Shown one piece after another: positions 36,887 through 40,371 of a stretch of 40,371 bases of DNA. The translations under genes were made by a program, and so were the position numbers. Positions within the stretch are counted from its first letter, which is position 1. Every line of letters starts with the position of its first letter. The stretch is from an uncultured Methanosarcinales archaeon (GTDB taxonomy: Archaea > Nanobdellota > Nanobdellia > Woesearchaeales > JAGVZT01): positions 1-40,371 of the forward strand of contig CAYQPU010000013.1 of NCBI GenBank assembly GCA_964419615.1, read 5' to 3'. Below the pieces are notes generated by a model that saw only the letters and a program-made list of their open reading frames with translations, ran no database searches and was not told where the DNA came from.

Positions 36887-37193
36887 ACTTTCACAGACCT
36901 TTTACAAAGCACAGTCAAAGCATTGACTGGTTTGTCTTGTGTCGTGGCCATCTTGTTTTCTAATTGGCCACGTTAATGGGCTTTGAACCCATTCTGTTTT
37001 GATCAAACTTTTCTTAAAAGTTTGTTTTGGTCGAACTTTTAAGCGCAGCGGCAAAAGGTCGTTTCGAACCTGGGTCACTACCTTTCTATGAAACAGAAAT
37101 CCTCAGATGAACTTTTCTTTTTCTGCTATCTCCAAAGGGTAGTATGATTGGTCTCAAACTTTTTAGTTTGTTTGACCACTACACCACAGGGCT
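36874..37193 (-). tRNA. tRNA-Gln(UUG) with three introns: 21/22 (37148-37171, 24 nt), 37/38 (37084-37131, 48 nt), 59/60 (36888-37062, 175 nt)
   Basis: Spliced AGCCCTGTGGTGTAGTGGTCAATCATACTACCCTTTGGAGGTAGTGACCCAGGTTCGAATCCTGGCAGGGCTA; A1-U72 pair typical of archaeal tRNA-Gln. The D-loop boundary may be off by 1-2 nt. Confidence 0.88.
37025..37061 (-). repeat. Shared palindromic intron module, partial copy in the tRNA-Gln T-loop intron
   Basis: CGACCTTTTGCCGCTGCGCTTAAAAGTTCGACCAAAA; 34 of 37 nt identical to the tRNA-Ile(GAU) copy. Confidence 0.85.
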
Positions 37194-37293
37194 ATATACC
37201 TTTGGGACTATTAACAATTTATAAAAGTTGCTCTTTTTTCACACTGGACATACGCACATATAATTTATATAACTAAAACAAGCTTTAATTTGT

Positions 37294-38508
37294 ATGAACC
37301 AGTGCATCAAATGTAAGGGTAGAACTCCTCAGATATGCGGTAGAACATTTTGTCCTATTGTTGCAAAGAGTCAGGCTGTTTTGAAAATTAAGGATAATTA
37401 CCTTAAAGAAAATTACTCAGGTAGTGCACCTACTCCTTTTGTTGGTAGGTTTGGTTATCCTCATGTTAATGTTGGAATTTTGTCTGTTGAGAAGAATGAT
37501 TCATGGAGGTATGATGCTCCAAGGCATTGGTCAAAATCGGATTATGGTATTCAACAAGTTATTGATTTACGATCTGCCTTGGTTAATTCAAGGTTTAAGA
37601 TTAATGTAAAAAAGCAGAGTAAGTTTTTAGAGATTAGTCAGGAGGTTGGGATGGCTTCTAAACCAGTTGAGTTAGAGATTAATCTTAATAAAAAACCAAG
37701 TTTTAGATTAATTACTGATGCTCATCTTGCTCCAACTGGTCCAAATGCTAAGCTTGAGAATGCAACCATTACTTCAAATCCAAAAGTTCATACTAAAGTT
37801 GATAAGGTTGTGAGTGATACTGATTTTAAGGCTACTGGTGCAATAAAATACCTTTATAATAATAAATTTGATGAGAATATGCTCACAAAGTTGCTTAGTA
37901 TTGGTAATCTTGGTGTTAAAAAAAATCGAAGACTTGTTCCAACAAGATGGTCAATTACTGCTGTTGATGATACTTTAGGAAAAGAATTGATTTCACAGGT
38001 TAAGGATTATCAAAGACATGACTTTGCTGCCTATTTTGGAGGGTATTTAGGGAATTATTATTTGATTTTGTTTTTTCCAGAAGTGTGGAGTTATGAATTG
38101 TTTGAAACTTACTTACCTAAAGTTAGTTGGAATGTTTCAGATAAGATCAACTATTCTACTGATTATGAGACTTATTCTGGTAGAAAAGAGTATGCTCAGG
38201 ATACTGCAGGTGGCTACTATGCTGCTCGGCTTGGAATTTTGGAAAAGTTAGTTAGATTAAAAAGACAGGCAAGTGTGCTTGTATTAAGGTTTATTACAGG
38301 TGAATATTATCTTCCACTTGGGGTTTGGGTTGTTAGGCAAGCTGTAAGAAAAGCTTTGGAAGCTAGACCTTATTATTTTGATAGTAAAGAGTTGATGCTA
38401 ACTTATGCCGAGGCTGTGATGAAAAAGAAGTTTGGAGTTATGGATTTTTTAAGAAATAGTAAAATGTTAAAAGAAATGAAAACCCAGATGAAGTTAACTA
38501 ATTACTAA
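37294..38508 (+). CDS. nreA: Nre-family PCNA-interacting DNA repair protein
   Basis: N-terminal CIKCKG...CGRTFCP, FVGRFGYP, LVPTRWSITAVDD, GGYYAARL and C-terminal PIP-like QMKLTNY. Confidence 0.92.
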   Translation: MNQCIKCKGRTPQICGRTFCPIVAKSQAVLKIKDNYLKENYSGSAPTPFVGRFGYPHVNVGILSVEKNDSWRYDAPRHWSKSDYGIQQVIDLRSALVNSRFKINVKKQSKFLEISQEVGMASKPVELEINLNKKPSFRLITDAHLAPTGPNAKLENATITSNPKVHTKVDKVVSDTDFKATGAIKYLYNNKFDENMLTKLLSIGNLGVKKNRRLVPTRWSITAVDDTLGKELISQVKDYQRHDFAAYFGGYLGNYYLILFFPEVWSYELFETYLPKVSWNVSDKINYSTDYETYSGRKEYAQDTAGGYYAARLGILEKLVRLKRQASVLVLRFITGEYYLPLGVWVVRQAVRKALEARPYYFDSKELMLTYAEAVMKKKFGVMDFLRNSKMLKEMKTQMKLTNY

Positions 38509-38509
38509 T

Positions 38510-38980
38510 TTATTCTTCTGATTTAACAACGTATTCACTTAGATTCTCACTAACTACATCAACAATTTCTTGAGTTAATGTTGGTGCATACACAAGAATA
38601 TCTGAACCATATTCATCAAAAACCTTTGCTCTTTTTTGTGATGTGCCCCATACAAAACCAGAAACATGAAAATCTAAGGAGAATAATACTGGTTCTTTTA
38701 CTCCCATTTCTTCAGCAGTTATGTTTCTTTTTTCATATGCTTTTTGAGTTCTTCTTAATGTTTCAACTGAAGATGTTGAGCCAAAAGTCTCATTACTTGG
38801 ATGAATATGAATAGTTACATCTCTTCTTTCATCTAAAGGTAAGTAGAAATCACCTGTTATTGAGTAAGATGGTTGTGCTTCATCCATCAATAGAGTTTCA
38901 AGTTCAAGTAGTACTCTCGTCATCCAAACTGGTCCGTCCAAATCCAAAGAATATTTTTGAAGTTGTTCATCCATGCCCAA
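38510..38980 (-). CDS. Hypothetical acidic protein
   Basis: 156-aa ORF; no family recognised. Confidence 0.5.
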   Translation of the reverse strand: MGMDEQLQKYSLDLDGPVWMTRVLLELETLLMDEAQPSYSITGDFYLPLDERRDVTIHIHPSNETFGSTSSVETLRRTQKAYEKRNITAEEMGVKEPVLFSLDFHVSGFVWGTSQKRAKVFDEYGSDILVYAPTLTQEIVDVVSENLSEYVVKSEE

Positions 38981-39108
38981 AGAGAATTAAGTCAAGAATA
39001 AAAGTATTGTGGTTCCTAAGTAAAATGAGGGCATCAGACACTGAATCAAAAGTCAAGCAGGATTCATATTTAGAAATTTTTGTTTTAAAAGTTAATGTAA
39101 AAAAATAA

Positions 39109-39447
39109 TTAGTATCTTACATTAGAATACATATCTGATTCTATTCTTATCATTGGTTTGTCACAGTCTAATTTATCAGTAATGCTTTCCCTATGAAAAG
39201 TCGGATCAGGATGAACATTTGAAGGCATTGGATGATAGGCCTGTACATCTAAAGTGGTTTGATCTGACCCACCTGAAGGGTCATTTCCTCTTTGTATTCT
39301 ACATAATCTATTATACCAAGCATCTATTCGTTGTTGCTCAGAACCAATATAATCATTAAAAGCACCACCCACAAACCCCCCACTTAAGACAGCTAGTGAA
39401 CTACTTCTTCTTAAATAAGGAAGTTTTGATTTTGGTTTTAATACCAT
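39109..39447 (-). CDS. Hypothetical protein
   Basis: 112-aa ORF with a TTTATATT promoter-like motif upstream. Confidence 0.45.
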   Translation of the reverse strand: MVLKPKSKLPYLRRSSSLAVLSGGFVGGAFNDYIGSEQQRIDAWYNRLCRIQRGNDPSGGSDQTTLDVQAYHPMPSNVHPDPTFHRESITDKLDCDKPMIRIESDMYSNVRY

Positions 39448-39564
39448 AAAAAGCAGAAAACTGTAAACAAATATAAATCTTACTATAATAAAACAAGAGT
39501 TTGTTCAAAGGAAATAATTCAACAATGATCTAACTGATTCCACGTATATTGAAAAAAATAGAAT

Positions 39565-39948
39565 TTATCTTCCAAGCTCTTTTTTCCACATCAAACCAAT
39601 TTTCAATAGATCATTGTTGAGTTTGTCACTTAGTTTGTAGGTTTTCTTGTATAGATCATAGTAGATCATGCCCATTGTTTTCATTGGAGTTAGAATCCGA
39701 TCGTAGAATTGACGTTTATTATAACTTAATTTTACTTCTTTTCCCTTAAATCCGGGCTCGTCAAGGTAGGTTACTAATTCACCATCATGAAGCGTGGAAG
39801 CAAACATGCTCATTTCTGTTTTTGTTACTTCTTGTTTTTCTCTCATGAATCTAATAAAGACTTTTGCTACTATTTGCTGCTGCCTTGTTGCAAAAATTAC
39901 TTCATAGATATTCTTTGGTAAATTAAACCTATCAAACAGTATTACCAT
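39565..39948 (-). CDS. Conserved-looking hypothetical protein, possible winged helix
   Basis: ATG 39948 behind GGGGGT; C-terminal FYDRILTPMKTMGMIYYDLYKKTYKLS. Confidence 0.65.
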   Translation of the reverse strand: MVILFDRFNLPKNIYEVIFATRQQQIVAKVFIRFMREKQEVTKTEMSMFASTLHDGELVTYLDEPGFKGKEVKLSYNKRQFYDRILTPMKTMGMIYYDLYKKTYKLSDKLNNDLLKIGLMWKKELGR

Positions 39949-40115
39949 AACTACCCCCAAAAAGAAATGGGATCACTCATGTATATAAATATTCCTATCT
40001 GTATATTAATATCTAAGAATTAAGGAAATAGACACTGCCCTAAATTGCTTAAAAAATCAGATTTTGTACATATTTTTTGGAAAATATTAAATAAAAGTAG
40101 CCATTTCTAGTTTTT

Positions 40116-40371
40116 ATGAGCGCAAAAGTATACGAAGAATCAAATTTGGATAACATTAGGCTATTACAATATGGTGAAGCAGAGGAGTTGGACAAAACTG
40201 ATAAGAAAATTCTAAATCAACTAAACATGAATTGCCGACAAAGTGTTGCAGATCTAAGCAGAAAGACTGGCATTTCTAGAGATGTGGTTGCTTACAGAAT
40301 AAAAAAACTTGTGGAAAAAAAGGTTATTTTAGGTTTTAAGCCAGTGTTTAATCCGCCTAAATTAGGATTTC
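40116..40371 (+). CDS. Lrp/AsnC-family transcriptional regulator (cut by the window end; not in ORF track)
   Basis: Hand translation ...LDKTDKKILNQLNMNCRQSVADLSRKTGISRDVVAYRIKKLVEKKVILGFKPVFNPPKLGF. Confidence 0.88.
   Translation, partial: MSAKVYEESNLDNIRLLQYGEAEELDKTDKKILNQLNMNCRQSVADLSRKTGISRDVVAYRIKKLVEKKVILGFKPVFNPPKLGF

Noticed and set aside
36888-37131. Box C/D guide RNA or homing endonuclease inside the long tRNA introns
   Set aside because: A CTGA is present in the Gln anticodon intron, but no RTGATGA box C was found in any intron, and all are far too short for a nuclease ORF.
1-40371. CRISPR array, rRNA, integrase or transposase
   Set aside because: No regularly spaced repeat-spacer units, rRNA signatures or recombinase motifs were seen in the window.

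Overview
AT-rich chromosomal segment of an archaeon, most likely a DPANN lineage such as Woesearchaeota. That assignment is inferred from gene content, compact intergenic spacing, GGTGA/GGAGG ribosome-binding sites and BRE-TATA promoters; no phylogeny was run. The window holds PolB; a five-gene GT4-GH57-(DUF5752-like x3) alpha-glucan operon; the rpoH-rpoB(fused)-rpoA'-rpoA''-eL30-nusA-uS12-(M50 peptidase)-uS7 cluster; PGI/PMI, eL15, an alpha/beta hydrolase, an N-terminally truncated Hel308, TrmJ, a site-2 protease, eL40, eIF5A, FtsZ, Dph5, HTH regulators, a RecJ-like protein, uS15 and NreA; and an orphan-gene stretch next to tRNA-Gln. The most striking signal is missing from the ORF track: nine minus-strand tRNA genes, all interrupted, with 20 bulge-helix-bulge (BHB) introns in total and three introns each in four genes. 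Eight of the nine carry an intron at T-loop position 59/60 ending in GAAAG. Three of these T-loop introns (Lys, Ile-GAU, Gln; 92, 82 and 175 nt) share a near-identical palindromic module, which suggests a spreading intron/repeat family. One tRNA is the rare tRNA-Ile(UAU). No CRISPR array, integrase, transposase or rRNA was seen. tRNA and intron boundaries were parsed by hand.
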